DNA from: Haliotis cracherodii
Lineage: Eukaryota
Assembly: GCF_022045235.1 (NCBI RefSeq)
Contig: NW_027266286.1
Coordinates: forward strand, 22,258,001-22,322,000
Length of the DNA: 64,000 bases
Direction of reading: 5' to 3'
The notes under the pieces were generated by a model. That model worked only from the letters and a program-made list of their open reading frames with translations, was not told the DNA's origin and made no database searches. Of this stretch, positions 54,401-64,000 are shown in pieces; the stretch's first letter is position 1, and each line of letters begins with the position of its first letter. The position numbers were made by a program, and so were the translations under genes.

Positions 54401-57400
54401 CCTCTATTTTATTTACTCACATCATAAAACCTCTATTTTATTTACTAACTCACATCATAGAACCTCTATTTTTTTACTAACTCACATTATTGAACCTCTA
54501 TTTCATTTAGTCACTCACATTATAGAACCTCTATTTTATTTACTAACTCACATTATAGAACCCCTAATTTATTTACTAACACACATAATAAAACCTCTAT
54601 TTTATTTACTCACATAATAAAACCACTATTTTATTTACTAACTCAAATCATAAAACCTCTATTATATTTACTAACTCACATCATAAAACCTCTATTTTAT
54701 TTACTAACTCAAATCATAAAACCTCTATTTTAATTACCAACTCACATAATAAAACCTCTATTTTATTTACTCACATAATAAAACCACTATTTCATTTACT
54801 AACTCACATCATAAAACCTCTATTTTATTTACTAACTCACATAATAAAACCTCTATTTTATTTACTAACTCACATAATAAAACCTCTATTTTATTTACTA
54901 ACTCACATTATAGAACCTCTGTTTTAATTACTAACTCACATCATAAAACCTCTATTTTATTTACTAACTCACATTATAGAACCTTTATTTCATTTACTAA
55001 CTCACATCATAGAACCTCTATTTTTTTACTAACTCACATTATTGAACCTCTATTTCATTTAGTCACTCACATTATAGAACCTCTAATTTATTTACTAACA
55101 CACATCATAAAACCTCTATTTTATTTACTCACATAATAAAACCACTATTTTATTTACTCACTCACAGCATAAAACCTCTATTTTATTTACTAACTCAAAT
55201 CATAAAACCTCTATTTTATTTACTAACTCAAATCATAAAACCTCTATTTTATTTACTAACACATGATTAAACCTCTATTTTATTTATTAACTCACATTAT
55301 AGAATCTCTATTTTATTTTCTAACTCACATAATTGAACCTCTATTTCATTTACTAACTCACATTATAGAACTTCTATTTTATTTACTAACTCACATTATA
55401 TAATCTCTATTTTATTTACTAACTCACATTATTGAACCTCTATTTCATTTACTAACTCACATTATAGAACCTCTATTTTATTTACTAACTCAAATTATAA
55501 AGCTCTAGTTTATTTACTAACTCACATTATAAAGCTGTATTTTATTTACTCATTCACATTACTGAACCTCTATTTCATTTACTAACTCACATTATAGAAC
55601 CTCCATATTATTTACTAACCCTCACATCATAAAGCTCTATTTTATTTACTAACTCACATTATAGAACCTCTGTTTATCTACAATCTCAATCATGGAAATA
55701 TTTCACTATATAAAACAGACCCTGGAGGATCTCATGACACTGTAGGAGGTGGGGATGCATACTTTTTTCACCTGACTCAATGCCTGTGTCAACTGCACTA
55801 TCATGTGTATTAGGGGTAATGGGTCACCACTCCCTGTCTGCAAAGCCCGGACCAGAAGCTGTGAATTACCCACCATCTCACCAACAGGGATTACTCACGT
55901 TATAGAACCTCTGTTTATCGGCTAATTCATCAAGGGTGTCCATGCCAACTTTTTCAGGGCTGTCTTGTCTGTCAGTTAACATGTCTGAAGGAAGATGCAT
56001 GTTATTATCACCAGACACATGGAGGACTACACAGTAATGCTTTCCTAACTACAGTCAAGTCTCGTTAATCCGACACTCGTTTATCCGACAATCGGCTTTA
56101 TCCGACACTAATGATGGGAACCGATTTAATCAGTGCTATTTAGACCCATTAATCCGACAGTCTCGCACTCCGACTCCGTCACACCTAATTTGCAACAAAT
56201 TGCTGGAATCACTCATTAATCAGTCTCGTTAATCTGACACAGTGATCAGCGTACTCCGTGGTCATCTGCCCGCGAGTACACAGCCAGTGTTTTGATGCGA
56301 GACGAGTCGGCGAGTAGCTGCATATTTCAACGGATGCAGAGATAAACATGTTTAACAATAAACAATAATCAAAACAGGATTAATCACATGCCAGATTACC
56401 TCAATCTCATTAAAATCGGATACAAGTTCTCGCTACTTTTAACAGTATTCCAGTTATATTGCGGCGTGTCAGCTAAATGTTGGAGGAAAGCCTGAAGTGA
56501 TGCAGGTCTCAGACGTTTACCACTTCGGTAAAACCCACGAGCACGGGTATGGTGCCGACAAACCTAGAAACATAATCGGGGCGAACTGGGATTCAAACCC
56601 ACAATCATAGGTTTCTGGCCTGCCCAAGGGACGCAACTCTGCACAGCGAATCGCGGCGCCTTAGACGACTGGGCCACTCGTGTCCCCCTGTCCATGAGAG
56701 GTCACCCACACAAGTCTCACCTGCTGTGCAACTGTCTCGTGTCGTGTCCAAGCTGGAGTCAAAGCCAACAATCCTACAAAAGAACACAGTATTAGGGATG
56801 ACTAGCGCACGATTTAACTGAAGCAATTGCTGCAAATCTATACCCAAAAATGATTCATCTACTCTAAAACACAGGTTTCATGGCTTTATTTCACATAATA
56901 ACATGGGCATACATGCACTACTTTCAAGATTCGGTATATAGTTAGGCTAAAACATATAATAGTCTTGGTTCTCAGGCACCCCTGCATCATCATAAAGTTC
57001 ACTGCACGTTTCGTTTTTATTTTCATTTAAAAAAAATATATTAAAAAATCCTGGAATATTCCAACAGCAGTCAAATACTGTATTCCAGTAATTCACTCAT
57101 CAAGGAATACATTTATGTAGGTTGATTGTATTTGGTTACACAACTGTTTATTTGGTAACATACTAGTTTGAACAATTAAGAAAATAAAAACACACCGCCC
57201 GCCCACACTATATTTTCAAAAGCCATTACCTGAGAACCAATTCTTATATTTTTTTAAGCCTAAGGGGTGCTGTTTGAGAGTTAAAAGAGGTACCCGAAAC
57301 AGTCTGATGGAAAGTTATAACTGTGAATGTTATGTCATTTCAAACAAGGAATATTTTAAAAAAAAGCTAATGAAGGAATATTTAATGGAGCCTGAGAGAA

Positions 57401-60400
57401 CTTAACAGTCTGATACAAAGTTATAACTGTGTCACGTCATTTCAAACAAGGAATATTTTGAAAAAAAGCTGACGTTTTTTAAAATACTTAATAGAGCTTT
57501 TGATTATCAATATTTTGATGGTATTAGATAACGGAAACCATCGAACCGTCTAACATGGTATCAATGTCAACTATTGATATTTTAACTGGTGATCAATAAA
57601 TGTCATTGGACCACATCACTGAATTATAGTTCACTATTTTGTAACGTCTGAGTCCTACAGCATCTACCCAAATGTCGTGTTGAGATCACACCCACCTGGC
57701 AGCTTCTCCTGCGTCATTCTCTTCCGACTTCTCCGATACTGGAACAAGATTACAAGTATACTGCATCTCTTCTATCAGTGTTTGAAATAAAAAAAATTGC
57801 CAGACTGCCATCAAGGCACACAGACTCTAGAAGCTGCAGGCTAGGGCTGGGACGAGTCCAAATTTACTACCCGGGTACCAGATCCCCTATTACCCGGTCC
57901 TACCCGGTCCTACCCGGTACCCACTGCAGGTCTCAAGATTTGGGAACAAAATGTCTGATTGGGAATTGTTTTATCGCTGCCCTGGCCAAAACTATTTAGA
58001 TTCTTGTATCAAAGGATCAATACACTGAAGTTGACTGAAGTTTTATCTTTACTCAAACATATACCTGCCAAAAAGAATGTGTGCATCGTCAGAAAGAAAT
58101 GCGAACATTAGCGCATGTGGTGTAACCAATGAGCTATGGTGAGTTTTTGTCATCAAACAATATATCACGTGACTAACCACGGGTCCGGGTAGTCCTGTCG
58201 GTACCAGGATCCTACTCAGGTCCTACCCGACCCGAGTACCCGAGTTACCCGTCCCAGCCCTACTGCAGGCCCTGACTAAACTCTTCCAGCCCTAATTTAA
58301 AAAACTGCAGCTTATTGTGACAAATAAATCAAGACATAAATTTACCACAGGCCAAAAAGACCAATACAAATTTGAAACTATGGGCCCATCCCAAGATCTA
58401 CCTGCCATGGGCCTACGGGCAGGTGCTGTTTTTTAACACTGTTTACTATCTGTTAGGTCTTTCTCTCTTCTCTGTTCACACTTTAGAAAGTAAGTGAGTG
58501 AGTATGGTTTTACGCCGCTTTTAACAATATTCCAGCAATATCACTGAGGGGGACACCAGAAATGGGTTTCACACATTGTACCCATGTCGGGAATCGAACC
58601 CGTGTCTTCGGCGTGACGACTGAATGCTTTAACCATTAGGCTCCCCGGCCGCCCCTTTTACAAAGAGATTGAAATACATTTCTCCATGTTAAATATAACT
58701 ATCAACATGAGATAATTCAATCTCATTAAAATCAGACCTTAGTTCTAGCTAAACAAAGATCTGAGGACATCCCATTACGGGTCACGTCAGAACGACCTCT
58801 CGCAAACTTTGACCGATCAATGAAATGACTGGCAGAAATGGACATTAGCCAATCAGAAAGCAGCTTTCTCGAGCTTTATTACATTAGTTTCAAACTGGCG
58901 ACTACGCTTCGAAACATATTTTGATGTATTCTCGGTTAAAATTTTTAAAACTGATAAGAAGAACAATCTGGAATGGCTTACAGATGGCCTAGATTGTATG
59001 GATAAAATAATAAAACCCATAAATGTCGTTTGGAATACCCTCTGTTAAATATTTCGAGGTTGCATGATCCGAAAACACATTCCGTCTGTCACTTTCAGGA
59101 TCTGGTAACTTACGCTCTGATTGGTTGGATGAAAGCTTGTTCTGTTGTGAACCGTAATGGGATGTCCTCAGATCTTTGTTCAGCGATAGCAAGAACTAAG
59201 ATCTGATTTTAATGAGATTGGAGATAATTACGTGTAATGTAAACTAGCTCAGACAAGGGCTCCTTTACCGTGCTTGCTAACTCTGAAGAAGTAACTATGT
59301 GCAAGAACACAGAGGAGAAAGTCCATTTGATTTGACATGGTTCTTCGAGTGAGTATGGTTTTACGCCGCTTTTAGCAATATTCCAGCAATATCACGGCGG
59401 GGGACACCAGAAATGGGCTTCACACATTGTACCCAAGTCGGGAATCGAACCCGGGTCTTCGGCGTGACGAGCGAACGCTTTAACCACTAGGCTACCTGAC
59501 CGCCCCGGTTCTTCAACGAACACGATGAGGATATCAGCACATCACAGTGTCATCAGGACCTCATCTTTGGCACGTTCAAACTCAAGTCTGACACATGAGT
59601 GAGCGATTTGTTACGCTGCTTTAGCAATATGCACCATACTGTGCCGTGTGTATAACTGAGTCTACCACATCATGATTGTGTGAGCAACGTGTGTTTTCTA
59701 AACATACTACACACTTACTGTCTTCCAAGCTGTCTTTGCTCATGGAAGCTTCTGTCCGCCCTCGGCCGGCTCGTTTCGGGGACACCTAAAGCAAAACACT
59801 TATATCACCAAACAATGAAACTGTTTTTATATACTCATTCTATCTCACACTGTGCATTTCTCTTTCTTCTTTCAATCTTGGTGTGGAAACGCTCTTAAAC
59901 AAAGTTTCCAGCTTTAAAAAACATTACACCCGAACACATCCCAGTATCACCATGATCACGACCCAAACAAATGGGTCACGTACTGTAGCCCTGTGCATAT
60001 CAACCAAGTCAAACTGACCACCTGACAAAATCTGCAATATCATTCTTTCTTAGAGTGGACAGGCTAGTGCATTCTGATGTGGGTATGGTTGGGTGGGCAT
60101 TTAGCGTGTGAGATAGGGTAAGTATATAAATATACAATTGATTGTAAAATTTTCAAATTTTTAAACTTATCCTACCTCACACAATGCATTTTATCCCACA
60201 GTTGGACAATGAGGCGCTGAAACCCTAGCCTGTAATGGACTGCAGCCTTGAGATGTACACTAGGAAGCTGGTGTTTAACAAAGCTCCAACCATTAAGATT
60301 GTTACATAGTTAAGTGTGAAAAAAGACATGAACTTGTGAGTGGGTAAAACACTATAAAAAGTGCCAAAACCCATTTACATTACCAGGACACAACATCTTG

Positions 60401-63400
60401 AAATCGGGTATAACATCTGTGTGTGTGTCTTCATATAGAACATCAATTCAAAAACAACCACATAGTTTTAAAGAAGGGAACGTATACAACCACAACTTCT
60501 AACCAATTCGGAAGGGGTCTCCTGTCCATTAGTTCAAGACAAACACCAAAAACTCTCTCAGACATAAGGCTGATCAGCTTGGCATCTCTGTTTACACTTC
60601 GTCAAAGCTGTCAATCACGCTGTGAGGTTGATTCATGCTAACGGAGGAGAGGTAACGATAAATAATATCCATGAGGCTCTTTAAACCAATATTCAACAAC
60701 ACATGCTCAAGGCAGAGATGCGCTGAATCGGCCGTGCCTTGCAAAGTCTTCAGTGTTGAAGACCGGAGTGTCTACAGATGAGTTAGCCGTGTGCGAAATA
60801 CGCATAATGACGGAAAGCACATGTTAAATCTCCAATAGTAAGTAAGTAAGATGAGTTATTTCCCCTTCAAAAGGGTATCCAGTTCAGGAACCCGAGTCTA
60901 AATGGAGGTGGAGGTGACAGTTCGAGTCTCGTGTGGATTGGATGGTAGGAGGCAATCCAGTGAAGGTATAGGCCTGCAGAATCGCCCAATGGAGCCAGGA
61001 GACCGTGAGGTGAGGTGAGGTGAGGTGAGGTGAGGTGAGGTGAGGTGAGGTGAGGTGAGGTGAGGTGAAATTGGGTTTAACGTCGCGTCCAAGATTATTG
61101 CACTTATATAGCGACGTGCATGCACGTGTATGTCTGTGTGAGGCTGCTTGTACTAGTCCGGACTGATGCCGATTTATAGTGCTAGCCCACTGAGATACCA
61201 TGCCGCAGTTTAACATGCATACCCCACTCAGACACAGTATACTGACTCCGAGCCGACCAGTCCTTGTTTTAGCCCCTTAATGTCGAGCGCCAGACAGTGT
61301 AACAACAAGTACCATCTTTTAACGTCTTTTGGTATGACGCGGCCGGGGATCGAACCCCGGACCTTCCGCTCTCCGGGCTGACGCTCTACCACAAGACCAC
61401 GGAGGCGGCCAGGAGACCTGATACATGATACTTTCATGGTAGCTGCTGTGGAGATGGGATGCAGAGTCTCTTCCTGGAACATTGTAGTGTTGCAGAAGCC
61501 ATCGGGTAAATGTGGAGGGCTCTGACCGGGTATAAGGAGATGTCTTCAAGATGGATGCCAACAGAGGCATGGTGAACAGCTAATCTTGTGGGCCCAGAAG
61601 TTATTTCTTTGCCATGAAGTCCCAACGAAGTTGCAGGTAGACCTTCCCATGGTGCAGCCACTCAAACTGGACTTCCATGACGTCAAGAGAATGTAACTTG
61701 AGCAACTGTAGCAAAGGCCAGGAGAAAAATGTCTTCAAAGTGACATGTTCAAATCTCTTTTCTTCCAAGAGTTCATAGTCTTTTGAAGTCAGATGGAATA
61801 GAATTACATTGAGGTCCCAAGTAGGAGGACGGAACCGGACAATGGTCAGCCAACTCATAGGATCAAATGAGAGCCAAGAGTACAAGTAGTGGCAATAATG
61901 TAACCAGAGTGGAACCTTTTAGCTCCCGTGTCAACCTCAAGTGCTGTAAATATTCAGCAACTTGTTGGAGAGAAGTGGTGGTCGGTGAGCTGATGTCACG
62001 TGCATGCATTAACCTTTAAGGTCTTCCAAGTAATGTCAAACAAGGCCTTAGTGGAGGTGCGATACACTCCAGTGATGATCGTGGCTACACTTTTCGAATA
62101 ACCAACCAGTGACTTCTGGGCCCACTTGCACATAGCGATCTTAGCGCTAAGACTATTGTAAGCCTGTGTTAAGGTATGGAAGTTACAATCATCTTAGCGC
62201 TAAGATCGCTTTGTGCAAGTGGGCACAGGGCCCCGTTCCTCAAACCGATCTTAGCACTACGATGATCGTAACCCTATGTTATAGTATGGGACTTACGATC
62301 ACCTTAGCGCTAAGATCGCTTTGAGGAACGGGGCCCTGGAGTTGAGGCAAACACAGAGATGGAGGATGTACGGCGATGGGTGCAGCAGGTGTGAGTGAGG
62401 CTGGAGAAGATCAGCTCGCAGAGGAGAGGATGGAGTCTTCTTTCTGCGCTGTTTACCAATACTGTGAACCAACTTCCAGCTGGCCAATGAGGTGTAACAA
62501 AAAGCAGTTGAAGTTGGTTGGGGGTTGCTGCCTTTTGAAGTACCCGAGGAAGAAGGTATATCAGGGGAAAGGCGTAAGTGTTGAGATTCTCCCACGAGAT
62601 GGCCAGAGTGTCATGGTGGATCACATATTGATGATGTACCAAACTAATGAGATGTTGTCCGACTGGATTATGAGCTGCGATGCACAGAGGATCTCAGCCA
62701 GAATTCTAAGTTGTTGATATGGAGCCTCTTGGGTTTCTTAGATGAAGAAGGCCCATGTTCCTTATCTCTAGGCAGAAAATATTGGTTTGCGAAAAGCTTC
62801 CTCTGGTGAGTGGGAACACTGTGAGCAGCAATGAGTTACACACACCCCGGCAGTCACAGCAAAGATCGTGTAGATCTGCTGCAGAACTGGTTTGTCTGCA
62901 ACTTTTTACATGCCGGGCGTTTATCAATGTCGGTTACCATAATTCACCACAGAATGTTGATTAGGTGTACAAGGAAGCTAAGAAAGAGAATGACATGGCA
63001 TAAGGTGATCAAAGTGCTTAGGTCAGGTTGTACGGGATTACAGTGTGTGACCCATTTGTTTCCGTAGTGACCATGGTAATGCTGGGATGTGTTTGAGTGT
63101 GACGTTTTTTGAAGCTGGAAACTTTGTTCAAGGGCGTTTCTACACGAAGATGGAAAGAAGGAGAAATGCATAGTGTGAGATAGGATAAGTTTTAAAATGA
63201 CATTATTTATCTTAAATCAAAGATTTCATATCTGAATCTGTAAATATCAAACTACCAGGACTATAACAGTTTACTCGTTTGCTTTTCCCGGACAGGAAAT
63301 CATTGCTTAGCATCTGTACCCCAAACTCACATCTTTCTTTCTGACACGTGTCTTCTCCTGCTTGGATTTCACCTTCCCAACTCCAGTTTTTCCACCTTTC

Positions 63401-63476
63401 ACCGACTTCTCAGATGAACTCTTTTTTTCAGGGCTTTTCTTTGTCTTCATGAAACTCTTCCCACTTGCTGTCAAAC
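19439..63476 (-). CDS. CEP162: CEP162 (KIAA1009/QN1)-like centrosomal protein gene, 29 coding exons in window, 5' end beyond window
   Basis: Phase-consistent exons (plus coordinates): 63331-63476, 59719-59785, 57696-57738, 56721-56773, 55899-55984, 53877-54047, 52408-52444, 51694-51837, 50282-50464, 49112-49261, 48118-48215, 44244-44310, 43451-43615, 42829-42956, 41562-41685, 40695-40807, 38962-39215, 38166-38316, 37406-37555, 34012-34173, 33420-33503, 32985-33212, 32237-32456, 31486-31632, 30656-30828, 30401-30508, 22966-23082, 20147-20296, 19439-19711 (TGA). Diagnostic peptides: [96 protein letters not shown]. Confidence 0.9.
20310..22636. repeat. 42-bp minisatellite (~55 copies)
   Basis: Unit gggattgaggtggtgttctgggagagatcagtcaattggtga; 14-aa periodic ORFs on both strands. 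Confidence 0.95.
23140..23618. mobile_element. Mutator-like MITE
   Basis: Same TIRs, degenerate 9-bp TSD. Confidence 0.85.
24093..24187. repeat. DIRS internal complementary region (ICR)
   Basis: First half is the reverse complement of 23820-23873 and second half is the reverse complement of 30067-30107, joined at gtaaaa|ttctc (circle-junction mimic). Confidence 0.9.
24700..25700 (-). pseudogene. DIRS tyrosine recombinase (frameshifted, premature stop)
   Basis: Fragments LEFLQSRLDDGLAASTVRGYSTAIAAFH, FLVVVTSGRRVGDIR, SKQSISRWI, and AH*VRAVAAS..ICSAAIWS (HxxR motif containing a TAG), followed by a frameshifted FIKPY. Confidence 0.85.
25860..26150 (-). pseudogene. DIRS DNA adenine-methyltransferase-like domain
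   Basis: VDLFASVMNHQTPTFCS...DAFQLDW..ILWAFPPVPLISKVL, the typical DIRS MT motifs downstream of RNase H. Confidence 0.8.
26150..27400 (-). pseudogene. DIRS reverse transcriptase - RNase H (frameshifted)
   Basis: YQFRVLPFGIFTAPRVFTKLM and YLDDWLL (RT); TVQTDASLSGWGG, HINVLELRAV and YLPGVDNVRTDALSR (RNase H), spread over several frames. Confidence 0.9.
27500..29400 (-). pseudogene. DIRS gag-like ORF1 remnant
   Basis: Position upstream of RT; N-terminal Cys pair (LCTGC), Pro-rich low-complexity segment, internal 183-193 bp repeats; multiple stops and frameshifts. Confidence 0.55.
30209..30376 (-). mobile_element. SINE family A
   Basis: Full copy, TSD cctactgctgaga. Confidence 0.9.
30895..31270. 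repeat. 21-bp tandem repeat
   Basis: Unit ctctttaacctcatcatacaa. Confidence 0.85.
31812..32240. repeat. 35-bp tandem repeat including a CEP162 splice donor
   Basis: Unit actgactgtgtgtaagactgtgtgagagtgctggt. Confidence 0.9.
32474..32866. repeat. 23-bp variant tandem repeat
   Basis: Alternating cacatgatctccacagagactgg / cacatgatgtcaatggagactgg. Confidence 0.9.
33610..33930. repeat. 96-bp tandem repeat x3
   Basis: 32-aa periodic ORFs; the intron also borders a (TAA)/(TGA) microsatellite at 33351-33410 in the neighbouring intron. Confidence 0.85.
34463..37430. repeat. ~60-66-bp minisatellite (~45 copies)
   Basis: Unit caagaccctcactgatctcctaccaaccccatctctccctggccagttctaggaacatctttgtca. Confidence 0.95.
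38346..38760 (+). mobile_element. Putative non-autonomous Helitron/Helentron-like element
   Basis: Starts AACAAGAG, internal (GGAC)n microsatellite, 3' GC-rich hairpin ccccccaac..gttgggtggggg. Confidence 0.45.
39276..40650. repeat. 21-bp minisatellite (~65 copies)
   Basis: Unit gatgtcgatgctgaactaggg; fills most of the intron 39216-40694. Confidence 0.95.
40804..41400. repeat. 26-bp minisatellite built on a CEP162 splice acceptor
   Basis: Unit atcacctggataacatggagggaaat. Confidence 0.95.
41925..42802. repeat. 30-bp minisatellite
   Basis: Unit caacacgagtggagccctagcttcccatta. Confidence 0.95.
43646..43925 (-). mobile_element. SINE family B (non-tRNA structured head, (AAAC)n tail; representative copy)
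   Basis: ~280 bp, starts GACCCGTGAAGATCC, ends GCTGGAATATTGCTGAGTGTGGCGTTAAACAAC(AAAC)n, TSD tgtaa(g/a)tcatgag. Other copies: -127-452, -1194-1450, +13823-14082, +14307-14350 (fragment), -17257-17562, +19773-19950, -45873-45950, -51897-52160. Confidence 0.85.
44445..44790 (-). mobile_element. SINE family C
   Basis: Homologous to 61005-61390. Confidence 0.8.
44959..45412. mobile_element. TIR element (CAGAGCTCCAGATAAGC termini)
   Basis: 17-bp inverted termini; related copy ~14728-15098 flanked by cccacaa duplication. Confidence 0.6.
47260..47830. repeat. ~49-bp degenerate tandem repeat
   Basis: Recurring ctcttgcacattcca..gaaaataatgttaaa. Confidence 0.75.
47442..47612 (-). mobile_element. SINE family A inserted in a ~49-bp tandem repeat
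   Basis: TSD ttccacaaatga. Confidence 0.85.
48415..49185. repeat. ~120-bp tandem repeat containing an exon 3' half plus donor
   Basis: Unit = (CCCCT)n + caagtctcac|ctttcccatgactgttcgggctcc..gagtcgaacatc. Confidence 0.92.
49357..49762. mobile_element. hAT-like MITE
   Basis: TAGGGCTGGG...CCCAGCCCTA termini; internal homology to 14216-14693. Confidence 0.75.
49980..50231 (+). mobile_element. tRNA-derived SINE family D
   Basis: B box GGTTCGAATCCC, GGTTTCCTCCCAC motif (V-domain-like), shared tail plus (ACTC)n; second copy at -56440-56690. Confidence 0.7.
51200..51546. mobile_element. Tc1/mariner-pogo-like MITE
   Basis: ~24-bp TIRs (ctgtattcgacataataagcgccc / gggcgcttattacgtcgaacacgg) flanked by TA. 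Confidence 0.65.
51897..52160 (-). mobile_element. SINE family B with 39-bp flanking duplication
   Basis: 51858-51896 is identical to 52162-52200. Confidence 0.85.
52683..52850 (+). mobile_element. SINE family A
   Basis: Full copy, TSD taatgac(a/c)ctggg. Confidence 0.85.
53445..53860. repeat. 19-bp tandem repeat
   Basis: Unit caagcatgacaatgtctct, ending ~16 bp from the donor at 53876. Confidence 0.9.
54222..55680. repeat. AT-rich ~33-bp minisatellite derived from a CEP162 donor junction
   Basis: Unit tactaactcacattatagaacctctattttatt. Confidence 0.92.
57842..58262. mobile_element. hAT-like MITE (reverse orientation)
   Basis: 8-bp TSD ctgcaggc. Confidence 0.85.
58718..59220. mobile_element. 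Mutator-like MITE (opposite orientation)
   Basis: Same TIRs, 9-bp TSD gagataatt. Confidence 0.85.
59347..59505 (-). mobile_element. SINE family A
   Basis: Full copy, TSD ggttcttc. Confidence 0.85.
61005..61390 (-). mobile_element. tRNA-derived SINE family C, (CTCAC)n tail, nested in the old DIRS YR region
   Basis: Head GTGGTCTTGTGGTAGAGCG..GGTTCGATCCCC, TSD ccaggagacc; second copy at -44445-44790. The central region resembles, from memory, the MetaSINE domain. Confidence 0.8.
62118..62338. mobile_element. Two adjacent ~110-bp palindromic MITEs
   Basis: gggccc..gcgatcttagcgctaag..cttagcgctaagatcgc..gggccc hairpins; other copies at ~205-296, 3965-4073 and 7370-7472. Confidence 0.7.
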
Positions 63477-64000
63477 CTAAAATTGATAACCCTCCTTAAT
63501 AACAGAAAGAAGTCAACTCTAGTACTATCTATTGCAGTGTTGCTGATACAGGTCCATTGTCTGGGTGAGGCAAATCAGATGCTATTTTTACATACCGAGG
63601 TGGGCTTTACACCATCTTCTAGAGGCAAGGGAGTTTACTGACTTTAAAAGGAATCGTGGAGTTAGGCTGGACTAACAAGTCTATGCATAGCCCAATCAAA
63701 ATCTTGTAACTATATGGACATCCGGTTCATAATCAACATGGCAACCTCCATGCTGAATTTGTTAGATTGCAGGATTTGCAGATTGTGTACCATCAACTGG
63801 GCAGCGACACCTATTTTCAAAATCTTTTCATGTTTTAAATCAAGGTGCTCAGGTGATATGAAGCACTTCGCGAGGTGAGACCCGTTTCATAACAATACAG
63901 ATCTTGATTATCAAAGAGATTGTCTTGAATTGGGAACCGACATCTTGTATGAAGCAAATGCAAGTGATATGAGAGGTGGAATCTGATCAGTAGGGGGGAC

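Larger units (their letters stand above)
59808..63197 (-). mobile_element. Old, internally deleted DIRS-type element (second family)
   Basis: Diverged inverted repeats ~59825-59995 / ~63030-63197; ICR-like ~60105-60190; remnants of YR (PPTWDLNVIL..VTLKTFF; STFTRW) at ~61400-62100 and MT (ISWENLNTYAFPL..LPRVL..VTPHWP) at ~62310-62640; no RT found. Confidence 0.75.

Overview
Eukaryotic (invertebrate, probably molluscan; the SINE content suggests a gastropod such as abalone, which is inference only) genomic window, very rich in repeats. It holds two convergent multi-exon centrosomal genes that I reconstructed by hand from GT-AG junctions and reading-frame phases: a CEP126-like gene on + (8 coding exons, 1042-15383, 5' end outside the window) and a CEP162-like gene on - (29 coding exons, 63476-19439, 5' end outside the window). 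The CEP162 introns contain two DIRS1-type tyrosine-recombinase retrotransposons. One is a full-length copy (~23820-30108) with near-perfect inverted terminal repeats and internal complementary region (ICR) but broken ORFs; the other is an old internally deleted copy (~59808-63197). There are four SINE families sharing a 3' tail, several MITE families (Mutator-like, hAT-like, Tc1/pogo-like, palindromic) and about 13 intronic minisatellites. Two patterns stand out. First, at least six minisatellites are built from copies of the adjacent exon-intron junction, giving arrays of decoy splice sites. Second, one SINE family has no tRNA head and instead starts with a compact four-way-junction RNA with kissing loops, a candidate ribozyme or unusual internal promoter. 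Most long ORFs in the supplied track are artefacts of tandem repeats.
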